This document shows, in pieces, positions 22,584 to 32,986 of a stretch of 32,986 nt of DNA; the first letter of the stretch is position 1, and each line of letters begins with the position of its first letter. The stretch covers positions 72,882,978 through 72,915,963 of the forward strand of contig NC_057718.1 in NCBI RefSeq assembly GCF_004010195.1, given 5' to 3'. The position numbers and the translations under genes were made by a program. The stretch is from Chiloscyllium plagiosum. Its lineage: Eukaryota. The notes beneath the pieces were generated by a model that did not search any database, was not told the DNA's origin, and worked only from the letters and a program-made list of their open reading frames with translations.

Positions 22584-22887
22584 CACTTTTGATTGATTAC
22601 AAAAAGCTGATTTGGTCATAAATCTGAGAAGAAGTGTTTTTGTCAAAGCAGAAATAACTTAATTGATCCACATAGGGCCAAGACCATACAGCCAAATAGG
22701 GTCTAAAGAAACAAAAGTAACGGCTATCTTGAATCTCATTGTGCCTAAGAGTGACTAGATTTTATTAGATGTTTATTCCAAATTTCATCACCACAGTGCC
22801 TCTTTTCACAAATATGTTTGTTAAAAGGTAGAAAATTCACACTGATGAAGGAATATCTGATAAATCATCTTTGCATTCTTTCAATAG

Positions 22888-23353
22888 GAGGTTGCTGGAA
22901 CTGCAGGGTTTGAGTTATAACGAGAGGCTATATAGACTGGGACTTTTTTCACTGGAGCGTAGGAGATTGAGGGGTGACTTTATAGAGATTTATAAAATCA
23001 TGAGGGACATAGATAAGGTGAAGACCAAAGGTCTTTTGCCTCGGTTGGGGAGTGTTCAAAACTAGTGGGCTTATTTTTAAGGTGAGAGGAGAAAGATTTA
23101 AAAGGAACATGTGAGGCAATCTTTTCACATTGAGGATGGTTCGTATGTTAAATGAATTGCTAGAGGAAGTGGTAGATGCAGGTACAGTTGCAACATTTAA
23201 AAGAAATTTGGATAAGTACATGAATAGGAAATTGTTTAGAGGGCTATGGACCAAATGCAGGCAAGTGGGATTAGTTTACTTTGGGAAACTTGGTCAGCAT
23301 GGATGAGTTGGACTAAAGGGTCTGTTTCCGTGCTGTATGACTCTATGACTCTA
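22888..23353 (+). mobile_element. CR1 LINE 3' end
   Basis: LSYNERLYRLGLFSLERRRLRGDFIEIYKIM; (CTATGACT)n tail. Confidence 0.9.
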
Positions 23354-23357
23354 CAGC

Positions 23358-23576
23358 CAAGAGAGTGGTGCTGGAAAAGCATAGCAGGTCAGGTAGTATC
23401 CGAGAAGCAGGAAAATCGATGTTTTGGGCAAAAACCCTTTATCAGGAAGCCCTGATGAAGGGCTTTTGCCCAAAACGACGATTTTTCTGCGCCTTGAATG
23501 CTACCTGACCTGCTGTGCTTTTCCAGCACCACACTCTTGGCTCTAATCTCCAGCATCTGCAGTACTCACTTTCACC
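23358..23576 (+). mobile_element. Penelope-like family A fold-back insertion
   Basis: Inverted arms centred on ATCAGGAAGCCCTGAT. 16-bp TSD TCTATGACT(C/T)TACAGC at 23342-23357 and 23577-23592. Confidence 0.88.
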
Positions 23577-24886
23577 TCTATGACTTTACAGCTCATTGAC
23601 TTTATTTTATAATAGCCAGAACATCCTTTCTCAGATAAAGAATTCAAAACAGCACACAATAACCTGCCATCTAGTCACATTATATTTAATCTGCCATTTT
23701 CCCACTTACCTAACTTGTACCATGGTATATACCCCCACCCAGCTTTGTATGATCTGTAAATGTGGATATATTTAAATCATTTATATAGGTTGTAAGTAGC
23801 TGGGTTCCAAATATTGATCCCACTATTGCCTGTCACTCAAAAAAAGTTCCATTTATACCTACTCTATGTTTCTCAACTGCCAATTAGTTCTCAATCTATT
23901 TCTGTTCATGACTTCCAATCCCATGCACTTTAGTTTTGCATGAAATCTCTTAAATGGGACATCATATAAAGCCTTCTGAAAATCCAAGTAGATCATATCT
24001 ACTGGCTCACGTTATCCACTCAAATATTCCAGCAGATTTGTCAAACACAACTTCCCCTTTGTGAATCCATGTTAGGTCTGTCTGATATTGTCACTATCTT
24101 CCCCAAATATTCTGTTATTACATCTTTTAATGGATTCTAGCATTTTCCCACTGCTGATATCAGGCTTCCAGGTCTATAATTCACTGTTTTCTCTCTGTCT
24201 CCCATCTTAATTAGTGGTGTTACATTCGCAACCTTCCAAACGATAAGAACTGTTCTTCAGTGTATAGAACTTTGGAAGATCACCAATAGTGCATCTGCCA
24301 CTTCGAGAGTCCCTTCCTTAAGTACTTGAGGATGAAGCTTTTCATGCCTTGGGATTTTAACTGCCTTCAATCCTGTTAGTTTCCTCAGCATAAATATTAA
24401 TTTCTTTCAATTCTTCCTTCCCATTAATCCTTGTTTTCCCCAATATTTTTGGGATAGTTTTGGGATCTTCCTTTGTGAAGACAGAATAAAAAGTTATATT
24501 TAATTGGTCCACCATCTCTTGTTCCTCATTATAAATTAATCTGTTTATCTATCAGAGACCTATATTAATCCTTACTAATCTTTTTATCTTCACATTCATA
24601 TAGGAAACTGTTCCCGATTACACCAATTTGTATGCCTATCCTTGGATTTGGCACTATCCCTAATTTCCTTTGTTGGCATTGATCTGATCATCTCTCCCAT
24701 TTTACTTTTATGCCAGACTGGGATGAGTAACTTTTGCAGTTTGTCATGTGTTTTTTAAATGTGTTTACCATTGCCTAGCTACTGTCATGCCTGTCAATGA
24801 TGATCCTCAATTTATCAGAGCAAGCTGGCTCTTTGTAATTTCCTTTATTTAAACTCATTCTCTATCTTAATGAAGAATTCTATTCT

Positions 24887-25986
24887 TTTTTTCTTCTTTT
24901 TAGGAAATTCGGAGTCCCCTTTTTTTTATCCCTTACCTCTACACCACCGCCTAACTGCGGCAGTGCTTATATTTTCCCCAGCACCCATGTTGTGTGTGTG
25001 TGTGCAGGTGTGAGACATAGTGAAAAACACAAGGTATACAAATCTTTATTCAATTTCCACCACCAGGAAAAATGGAAACACCAGGGTGACCAGTGACAAG
25101 CAGTGCTCTTCTCAGAGGGCAATGCTGCGTGATTAGACAGTGAAGGGGAGGGCAGGAATTAAATCAAAATAGAGTTGGAGGGGGAAATAATACACTCCAC
25201 TCCCTGTGGTGCCCACCTTTCCCTGAAAATCTCAAGATTGTTGGTGGACATCGCATGCTCCTTTGGAGCATCATTCCTGATGAAGGGCTTTTGCCTGAAA
25301 CGTCGATTTTCCTGCTCCTCGGATGCTGCCTGTGACCTGCTGTGCTTTTCCAGCACCACTCTGATCTAAACTGGTTTCCAGCATCTGCAGTCCTCACGCG
25401 TGCTCCTTCTCCAGAGACACCTGGTCTCTGACATAACCGCAGAAGACGGGCAGGCAATCGGCCATAACGACCCCCTCCATGGCCCACTGCTTGGATCTGT
25501 TTATGGCCAGTTTGGCCAGGCCCGGGAACAGACCCACGAGAAGGTCCTCTGACGTACCCTCTCCTCTCCAGATTGGGTGGCCAAAGATCAGGAGCGTTGG
25601 ACTGAAGTGCAACCTAAAACAGAGGAGGAGGTTTTCTAAAAAATCAAAAAGGGAGTGTAAGCCCTCACACCCAATGTATACACAGGACCGCAGAACAAGC
25701 AGTTGGGCTGGGAGTTTGTGAACCACCGCAATCTGCTGTTGCAGGGGACTGCCACATGCAGCACCCTCCACCCCAGATCCCTGAGAGAAAGGGAGGGACT
25801 CCCACGTAGAGAGCCCTCCACTGGGCATTCCGAGAACCGGGTGGCAATGGGCATGACAAAGCGTGTCCGGGTGGTGGATGAGGAGAAGAGGTGGACGGTG
25901 TGCAGTAGCAGTCTGTACAGGAACCGCCATTTTATGTCCCTAAAAGGGGACAAAACTAAAACTCCGGAGGCAGCTCAGACTGTGGG
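24887..25986 (-). mobile_element. 5'-truncated Tx1-clade LINE (ORF2 C-terminus, 3'UTR, poly A)
   Basis: Minus-strand DLGWRVLH, CLFCG zinc-knuckle remnant, GLAKLAINRSKQ and FRERWAP. Perfect 15-bp TSD GAAGAATTCTATTCT at 24872-24886 and 25987-26001. Confidence 0.85.
25272..25397 (+). mobile_element. Penelope-like family A single-arm insertion with hammerhead (25277-25304)
   Basis: CTGATGA-A-GGGC(TTTT)GCCT-GAAAC-GTC followed by the family arm. TSD CGC(A/G)TGCTCCTT at 25252-25263 and 25397-25408 duplicates the KEHA codons of the Tx1 ORF. Confidence 0.85.
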
Positions 25987-26346
25987 GAAGAATTCTATTC
26001 TATTGTGGTTACTCTTCCCTAACTGCCCATGCACAACTTAATTGTCAATTACTCCTTCTTTGTTACACAATACCCAGTCAAGAGTGGCCTTTCTTCTGGT
26101 TCACAGCTCAACATTTTGATTCACAAAACTATCCTGGACATACTCAATGAGTTCCTCTATGCTACTTTTCCCAATTTATGTGCAGTTTGAAGTCATCCAT
26201 AATTATCGCCATATCTTTATTGCCTATGAACGTAGAACATAGAATAGTACAGCACAAGGCAGGCCCTTCAGCCCCTAATATTGTGCCGACCATTCATCCT
26301 ACTTGTTTCTCTAATTTCCTTCTGAATGGCTTCTCCAATATTACTA

Positions 26347-27051
26347 TAGGTAGTTCTGGGATAACGCTCATTTCAGCAGTGCGATTTGGCTATAATGTCA
26401 CTGAAGAATTAGGGAACAATATTTTCGAGAACGTTTCCCTCCATTTGCAATAGCGCGATTCTATAGCACGATTGCCCGGTTCATTCTGCGCATGCATTGG
26501 TGACCACGCTGTTCTGCTCATGCTCGATTTCAGGACCGGTCTTAGTGCATGAATGTCAGCTGCTGAAAAGGCAGCTTTCTGTGAGAGGTACTGTACAGAC
26601 AACAGCATTCTTACATTTTTAAAATGTACTGTGTTAAATTTACTTTTGTTTTGTTAATAAATATGACTTCAACCTTCATTCATAATTTAGAGATGGCGGT
26701 ATTGGACTGGGATGTACAAAGTTAAAAATCACACAACACAACAGGTTTAATTGGAAGCACTAGCTTTCAGAGCGCAGCTCCTTCATCAGGTGATTTTGGA
26801 GTATAAGATCGTAAGACACATAATTTATAGCAAAAGTTTAGTGTGTTGTAACTGAAATGATATATTAAAAAAGACCTGGATTGTTTGTTAACCTTCATTC
26901 AGGCTGTGTTATACTTTGGGTGATTTTTGAGTGATCAAGAGTGTTATTTTTTATTGGTCTGCCACACCCCCACTTTTCCCATTGGCCCCATTATTTCTAT
27001 TAAACTAGATTTTGCAGGAATGCAACTGCGGCATTATGGGAGAACTATCTG
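26347..27051. mobile_element. Non-autonomous Tc1/mariner (Tigger/pogo-like) DNA transposon remnant
   Basis: Degenerate 21-bp TIRs TAGGTAGTTCTGGGATAACGC and GCATTATGGGAGAACTATCTG, flanked by TA on both sides. Confidence 0.55.
26683..26889 (-). mobile_element. Penelope-like family B 3' end
   Basis: Family B terminus and hammerhead motif at 26761-26789 (minus). Perfect 12-bp TSD AACCTTCATTCA at 26671-26682 and 26890-26901. Confidence 0.85.
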
Positions 27052-27139
27052 TATTACAAATTGGGTGACTGTTTAGAATCACTACCCTTGTTTTCTGCCC
27101 CTTGGTGTTTCTAAGCTCAACCCATGTGAATTCTAAATA

Positions 27140-27273
27140 AAATCCGAAAGAACTGCGGATCCTGTAAATCAGAAACAAAAATAGAAATGGCTGAAAATGC
27201 TCAGCGGGTCTAGCGGCATCGATGAAGAGAAATTAGAGTTAACATTTCAAGTCCAGTGACCCTTCCTCAGAAC
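27140..27273 (-). mobile_element. Penelope-like family D 3' end with degenerate hammerhead (27241-27270)
   Basis: Minus strand CUGAGGA-A-GGGUC(ACUG)GACUU-GAAAU-GUU, followed by a GATGCCGCTAGACCCGCTGAGC motif related to family A GATGCTGCCTGACCTGCTG. Confidence 0.7.
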
Positions 27274-27444
27274 CTGTAGATTCTATTTCATCAGAGTTAA
27301 TATTCTTCCTCCTCATAACCACATTAATTTATTTCTTATTCAGCAGAGCAACCCCACCTCCTTTTTATTTTTGTCTGTCTTTTCTAAAAACTGAAAACCT
27401 TTGGATATTCTGTTCCCATTCCTAGTCATCCTGCAGCTATTGGC

Positions 27445-27717
27445 AGGGGAGATGAGAACCTGAGGGCACAGCCTTAGAGTAAACAGGGAATAAAGAGAAA
27501 CTTCTTTAGTCAGAGAATGGTTAAACTGTGGAATTGATTGCCACAGAATGATGTGGAGACTGCTTCATTTAAAACAGATATAGATAATTTCTTGATTGCC
27601 AAAGGGATCAAAGGTTATGGGGAGAAAGAGGGAAAATGGAGTTGAAAAACCTATCAGCCATGATCGAATGGCGGAGCAGACTCGATGGATCTTACGTCTT
27701 ATGGTCTTATGGTCTCT
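27445..27717 (+). mobile_element. CR1 LINE 3' end
   Basis: NFFSQRMVKLWN motif; (TCTTATGG)n tail. Confidence 0.75.
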
Positions 27718-28039
27718 GTACACCTGACTGTATCAGACCCATTTTAATCTATATGCATGAACAATTCATTCATTTTATTGTGAATGCTTTGTGCATTAAG
27801 TCACAAGTCCTTAAAGCTTGTCTTTTTAGCATTCTAGTCCTGTTTGAACTGGTCCTGCTCGATTCTAACATGTGAATTCTCTGCCTATCACCTTTCTTGT
27901 TTCCAATTCTGCTTTTTGTTTTAGTTCTTAGTTCTCTGTCATTTGTCTCCCTGTTAGGGTTCCCATCCACTTGCTATTTTTGATTTGATTTGCTTTATTA
28001 TTGTTATGTATACCGAGGCATAGTGAAAAGTGTTGTATT

Positions 28040-30250
28040 ACATAGAGTCACAGAGATATACAGCACAAAATCACACCCTTCAGTCCAACTCATCCATGCT
28101 GACCAGATATCCTATATAAACCTAGTCCCTATTGCCAGCACTTGGCCCATAGCCTCAAAATCCTTCCTATTCATATGAGCATCCAGGTGCCTTTTAACTG
28201 TTGTAATTTTACCACCCTCCACCATTTCCTCTGGCAGCTCATTCCATACATGCACCACGCTCTGAGTGAAAAGGTTGCTCCTTTGGTCCCTTTTATATCT
28301 TTCCCCTCTCACCTTAAGATTAGATTAGATTACTTACAGTGTGGAAACAGGCCCTTCGGCGCAACAAGTCCACACCGCCCCGCCGAAGCGCAACCCACCC
28401 ATACCCCTACATTTACCCCTTACTTAACACTACGGGCAATTTAGCATGGCCAATTCACCTGACCTGCACATCTTTTAGACTGTGGGAGGAAACCAGAGCA
28501 CCCGGAGGAAACCCACGCAGACACGGGGAGAACGTGCAAGCCTATGATTTCTAGTTTGGACACCCCTATTCCAGGGAAAAGACCTTGTCTAATTACCCTA
28601 TGCATGTCCCTCATGATTTTATAAATGTCTATAAGGTTACCCCTCAGCCTCTGACACTCCAGGGAAAATAGCCCCAGCCTATTCAGCCTCTCCCTATAGC
28701 TCAAATCCTCCAACCCTGGCAACATCCTCATAATCTTTTTTTGAATCCTTTCAAGTTTCACAACATCCTTCCCATAGGAGGAAGACCAGAATTGCATGCA
28801 ATACTCCTGACGTGGACGAACCAATGTCCTGCCAAGTCCTATACTCAATGTACTGAACCAATAAAGGCAAGCATACCAAATGCCTTCTTCACTATCCTAT
28901 CCACCTCCACTTTCAAGGAACAATGAACCTGCACTCCAAAGTCTTATTGTTCAGCAACATTCCCCAGGACCTTACTGTTAAGTGCATCAGTCCTGCCCTG
29001 ATTTGCCTTTACAAAATGCAGCACCTCATGTGTATCTTAATTAAACTCCTCAGCCCATTGGCCCATCTGATCAAGATCACATTGTGTTCTGAGGTAACCT
29101 TCTTCGCAGTCCACTACACCTCCAATTTTAGTGTCATCTGCAAGCTTACGAGCTATACCTCCCATGTTCATATCCAAATCATTTATATAAATGACAAAAA
29201 GCAGTAGGCCCAGCACCGATCCTTGTGACATATCGCTGGTCACGGGCTTCCAGTCTGAAAAGACTTCTCTCCCTCATCAATTCTCTTTGCTACTTCTTTA
29301 AAAAACTCAATCAAGTTTGTAAGACATGATTTCTCACACACAAGGCCATGTTGACTATCCCTAATCACCCCTTCCATTTTGAAATACATGTACATCCTGT
29401 CCCTCAGGATTCCCTCCAACAACTTGCCCACCACCAATGTCAGGCTCACCAGTCTATAGTGCCCTGGATTTTCCTTACCACCTTTCTTAAATAGTGGCAC
29501 CATGTTAGCCCATCTCCAGTCTTCTGGCACCTCACCTGTAGCCATCCATGATACAAGCAAGGGGCCCAGCAATCACTTCTCTAGCTTCCCACAGAGTTTG
29601 AAGGTACACCTGATCAGGTCCCAGGGATTTATCCACTTTTATGCATTTCAATACCTTCAGCACCTCCTCCCCTGCAATATGTACATTTTTAAAGAAGTTG
29701 CTATTTATTTCCCCATGTTCTCTATCTATCCATATCCTTCACACAGTAAACACTCATGCAAAATATTAATTTACTATCTTCTCCATCTCCACACATAGGT
29801 GGCCTTGCTGATCTTTAAGGGGCCCTATTCTCTCCCTACTTATCCTTCTGACCTAAATATATTTGTAGAATCTCTTTGGATTCTCCTTAACACTATTCTC
29901 CAAAGACATTTCACATCCCCTTTTTTGCCCTCCTGATTTCCATCTTAAGTATACTCCTCCTGCCTTCTTCTAAGGATTCACTTGATCCCTGCTGTCTAGA
30001 CCTCACATATGCTTCCTTCTTTTTCTTGACCAGAACCTCACTTTCTCTAGTCATCCAGCATTTCCTATACTTAACAGCCTTGCCTTTCATCCTGACAGGA
30101 ATGTACTGTGTCTGGATTCTCATTATCTCATTTCTGAAGGCTTTCCATTTTCCAGGTGTCCCTTTACCTGTGAACATCTAATTCCAATCAATGTTTGAAA
30201 GTTATTGCCTAATACCGTCAAAATTGGTCTTCCTCCAATTTAGTACTTTA
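28040..30250 (-). mobile_element. CR1/HER1-like LINE ORF2 (tether, RT, 3' end) with internal deletions
   Basis: PEDWRWANMVPLFKKG, QGSVLGLLLFVIYINDLD, LADDTK, LGLFSLE..RLRG; CATAGAGTCA tail. Confidence 0.9.
28317..28539 (-). mobile_element. 5'-truncated HE1-type V-SINE
   Basis: Near-identical to 3433-3650; (AATCT)n tail. Confidence 0.9.
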
Positions 30251-30252
30251 AC

Positions 30253-30384
30253 TTTTAGAATTAGAATTAGAATCCCTACAGTGTGGAAACAGGCCCAACA
30301 AGTCCTCCGAACAGTAACCCAGCCAGACCCATTCCCCTATCCTATATTTTCCCCTGACTAATGCATCTAACCTACACATCCCCC
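30253..30384 (-). mobile_element. HE1-related SINE 3' fragment
   Basis: (TAGAAT)n tail followed by CCCTACAGTGTGGAAACAGGCCC. Confidence 0.7.
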
Positions 30385-30530
30385 AGCTGCTGCTCCAGCT
30401 CCTAACCATTGGGCTTCCAGCACTGCAGCTGGGGACACTCCCCTCACACATGCTGGCTCAGGTACCGGAACTGTGCCTGGCTTCCCACATAGGGCAGGAA
30501 AGAACATACCATGGTCTTGAGCCCTCCTTT
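30385..30530 (-). mobile_element. CR1 ORF1 N-terminal zinc-finger/coiled-coil remnant
   Basis: Minus-strand, frameshifted SCPMWE...HVC..CPQLQ...ELEQQL. Confidence 0.55.
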
Positions 30531-30624
30531 CATCTTTTATACCTTTGACTTAAATGTCCTTAAATTTAAACTACATTATTTCTATGTCCTTCTACTCTAG
30601 ATCTCTGAAGTATAGCCCTTAGAA

Positions 30625-32605
30625 AACGAACAAAGAACAGGACAGCACAGTGGGCGGCACGGTGGCACAGTGGTTAGCACTGCTGCCTCGCAGCGCCAGA
30701 GACCCGGGTTCAATTCCCGACTTAGGCGACTGACTGTGTGGAGTTTGCACGTTCTCCCCGTGTCTGCGTGGGTTTCCTCCGGGGGCTCCGGTTTCCTCCC
30801 ACAGTCCAAAGATGTGCAAGTCAGGTGAATTGGCCATGCTAAATTGCCCGTAGTGTTAGGTAAAGGGGTAAATGTAGGGGTATGGGTGGGTTACGCTTCG
30901 GCGGGTCGGTGTGGACTTGTTGGGCCGAAGGGCCTGTTTCCACACTGTAAGTAATCTAAAAAAAAAAGAATAGGCCCCTTCAGCCCACCAAGACTGCGCT
31001 GACACATTATGCGATTCTAAACTGAAAACCTTTTGCCTCTATGTTGTCCATGTCCCTTTATTCCCTGACTATACATATATATCTGTCAACATATCTCTTA
31101 AATGTTTCTATTGTATCCACCTCCACTACCTCTAGTGGCACATTCCAACACTTATCACCCTCGATGGAAGAAAAACCCACTTTTCACATCTCCTTTAAAC
31201 TTACCTCCTTTTACCTTAACCCTTGTCCCCTAATAATTGATATTTCTACCCTTGGAAAAAGATTCCAGCTATCTATTCTATCCATTCCTCTCATCATGTT
31301 GTAAACTTCTATCAGGTTGCCCACATCTTTCAATGTTTCAAGCGAAAACAAACAAGTTTGTACAATCTGTCCTCATAGCTAAAACTCTTCAAACAATACA
31401 ATATCCTGGTAAACCATTTCTGCACCCCCTTCAAAACCTCCACAGCCTTGTGCAGTGTGGTGACCAGAACTACACACAATTTTCCAAATATAGTCCAACT
31501 GAAGTTCATTACAGCTGCAACATCGCGTGCCCCAACCAATGAAGGCAAGCAAGCTATATGCCTCCTTGATCACTTTATTGACTTGTGTTGCCACTTTCAG
31601 GGAACTGTGGACCTGGAGATCCTTTTGAATATTGATGCTACTATGGGTTCTGCCATTTAATGTAAACTTCCCTTTGCATTAGATCTCCCAAAATGCATCA
31701 CCTCAGATTTGTCCAGATTTAACTCCATCTGCCATTTCTCCACCAAAGTATCCTGCTGTATCCTCTGGCAGTCCTCCTCATTATCTGCAACTCCTCAAAT
31801 CTTTGTGTCATCTGCAAACTTACTAATCAGGCCATTTACATTAAGCTCCAAGTCATTTATTTTTATTATAAACAATAGGGATTCCAGCATTGATCTCTGC
31901 AGAACGCCACTGGTCACAGATCTTCAGTCAGAAAAACAGCTTCCACCATTACTCTCTGTTTTCTGTAACTAAGCCCTCCTCTATCCATCCCACCATGGAT
32001 CTCATGTGACTTCACCATTTGTATCAGCCTACCATGAGGGACCTTGTCAAAAGTCTACTCAAATCTATATAGACAAAATCTACTGCCCCACCCTCATCAA
32101 TAATCTTTGTCACTTCCTCAGAAAACTCAATTAAGTTTGTGAGACACAACCTTCCCCATTCAAAGCCATTTTTCCAAATGTGAGCAAATCCTATTTCTAA
32201 CAATCTTCTCCAATAATTTCCCTACAACAGATGTAAGGTTCACCAGCCTGTAATTTCCCAGATTATTCCTGCTATCCTTCTTAAACAATGAAACAATGTT
32301 GATTGTTCTCCACCTCTCAGGACCTCTCCTGTGACAAAAGGAGATGCAAAGATTTCATACAAGACCCAGGCAATTGTTTCATTTGCTTCCCTCAGCATTC
32401 TGGGATAGACCCATCAAGTTCTGGGACTTGTCTACCTTATTTCTTTTTTAAAACATCCAACACCTCATCTGTTTTTATATAGATAAGCCTCAGAATATCA
32501 ACATATCTTTCCTGAGACCCCGCCATCCACCACATCCTTCTGCTTTGTGAATATCTATGCAAAGTATTCATTAAATACCTCATCCACTTCCTCTGGCTCC
32601 TTTCA
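30625..32605 (-). mobile_element. CR1 LINE ORF2 RT and 3' end (SINE inserted in tail)
   Basis: Minus-strand FADDTK (~31800-31818), FDKVPHG (~32032-32052) and SYEDRL motifs. Confidence 0.85.
30652..30967 (+). mobile_element. Full-length HE1-type V-SINE
   Basis: GGGCGGCACGGTGGCACAGTGG A box, GGTTCAATTCC B box, V-domain, CR1-like tail ending AATCT plus A10; CpG-rich, suggesting a young copy. Confidence 0.93.
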
Positions 32606-32606
32606 T

Positions 32607-32986
32607 AAAATGTGTTGCTGGAACAGCGCAGCAGGTCAGGCAGCATCCAGGGAACAGGAGAATCGATGTTTCGGGCATAAGCCCTTCTTCAGGAATGAGG
32701 AAAGTTTGTCCAGCAGGCTAAGATAAAAGGTAGGGAGGAGGGACTTGGGGGAGGGGCGTCGGAAATGTGAAAGGTGGAAAGAGGTCAAGGTGAGGGTGAT
32801 AGGTCAGACTGGGGTGGGGGCGGAGAGGTCAGGAAGACGATTGCAGGTTAGGAAGGCGGTGCTGAATTTGATGGATTTGACTGAGACAGGCTGGGAGGAG
32901 GGGAAATGAGGAAACTGGTGAAATCCGAGTTTCCAGCAATACATTTCCAGCTCTGATCTCCAGCATCTGCAGACCTCACTTTCTCC
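32607..32986 (+). mobile_element. Penelope-like family A insertion with long inverted arm
   Basis: Inverted arm 32607-32930 (hammerhead on minus ~32665-32692 plus ~240 nt of UTR) joined to a short direct arm ending CCTCACTTTCTCC at the last base of the window. Confidence 0.85.

Larger units (their letters stand above)
23640..26225 (-). mobile_element. Old CR1 LINE ORF2 remnant, split by a Tx1 insertion
   Basis: Minus-strand YLDFQKA (~23968-23991), HGFTKG and ATLDWVLCN-like motifs; heavily decayed. Confidence 0.65.

Noticed and set aside
30652..30725. tRNA genes (also 3675-3745 and 21135-21210)
   Set aside because: The A/B boxes are SINE heads continuing into SINE bodies; no complete cloverleaf.
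173..32986. Family A repeats as a CRISPR array or as classic DNA-transposon MITEs
   Set aside because: They are dispersed in eukaryotic DNA with no regular spacers or cas genes. Arms are asymmetric, centres vary and TSD length varies (11-16 bp), which fits retrotransposition.

Overview
Eukaryotic, AT-rich, repeat-dominated genomic DNA, very likely from a shark or other elasmobranch (HE1-type V-SINEs with partner CR1/HER1-like LINEs). It probably lies in an intron or intergenic region. There is no intact protein-coding gene, and the ORF track is almost entirely retroelement debris. Contents: many decayed CR1 LINEs, an L1-clade ORF2, a Tx1-clade 3' end with a 15-bp TSD, a Gmr1-like gypsy relic (integrase before RT), tRNA-derived SINEs, a Tc1/mariner-type MITE and a 175-N gap. 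The most striking structure is about 17 short Penelope-like element (PLE) insertions from four sequence families. Each family carries a minimal type-I hammerhead ribozyme motif (CUGANGA-N-stemII-GAAA with a loopless palindromic stem III). Eight insertions are fold-back palindromes, seven with visible 11-16 bp TSDs, and most of their inversion or truncation points lie in or next to the ribozyme. Two local inverted templated duplications (222 bp perfect; 96 bp, 93%) and an in-frame CR1 endonuclease deletion are also visible. All calls were made by eye, and boundaries of decayed elements are approximate.
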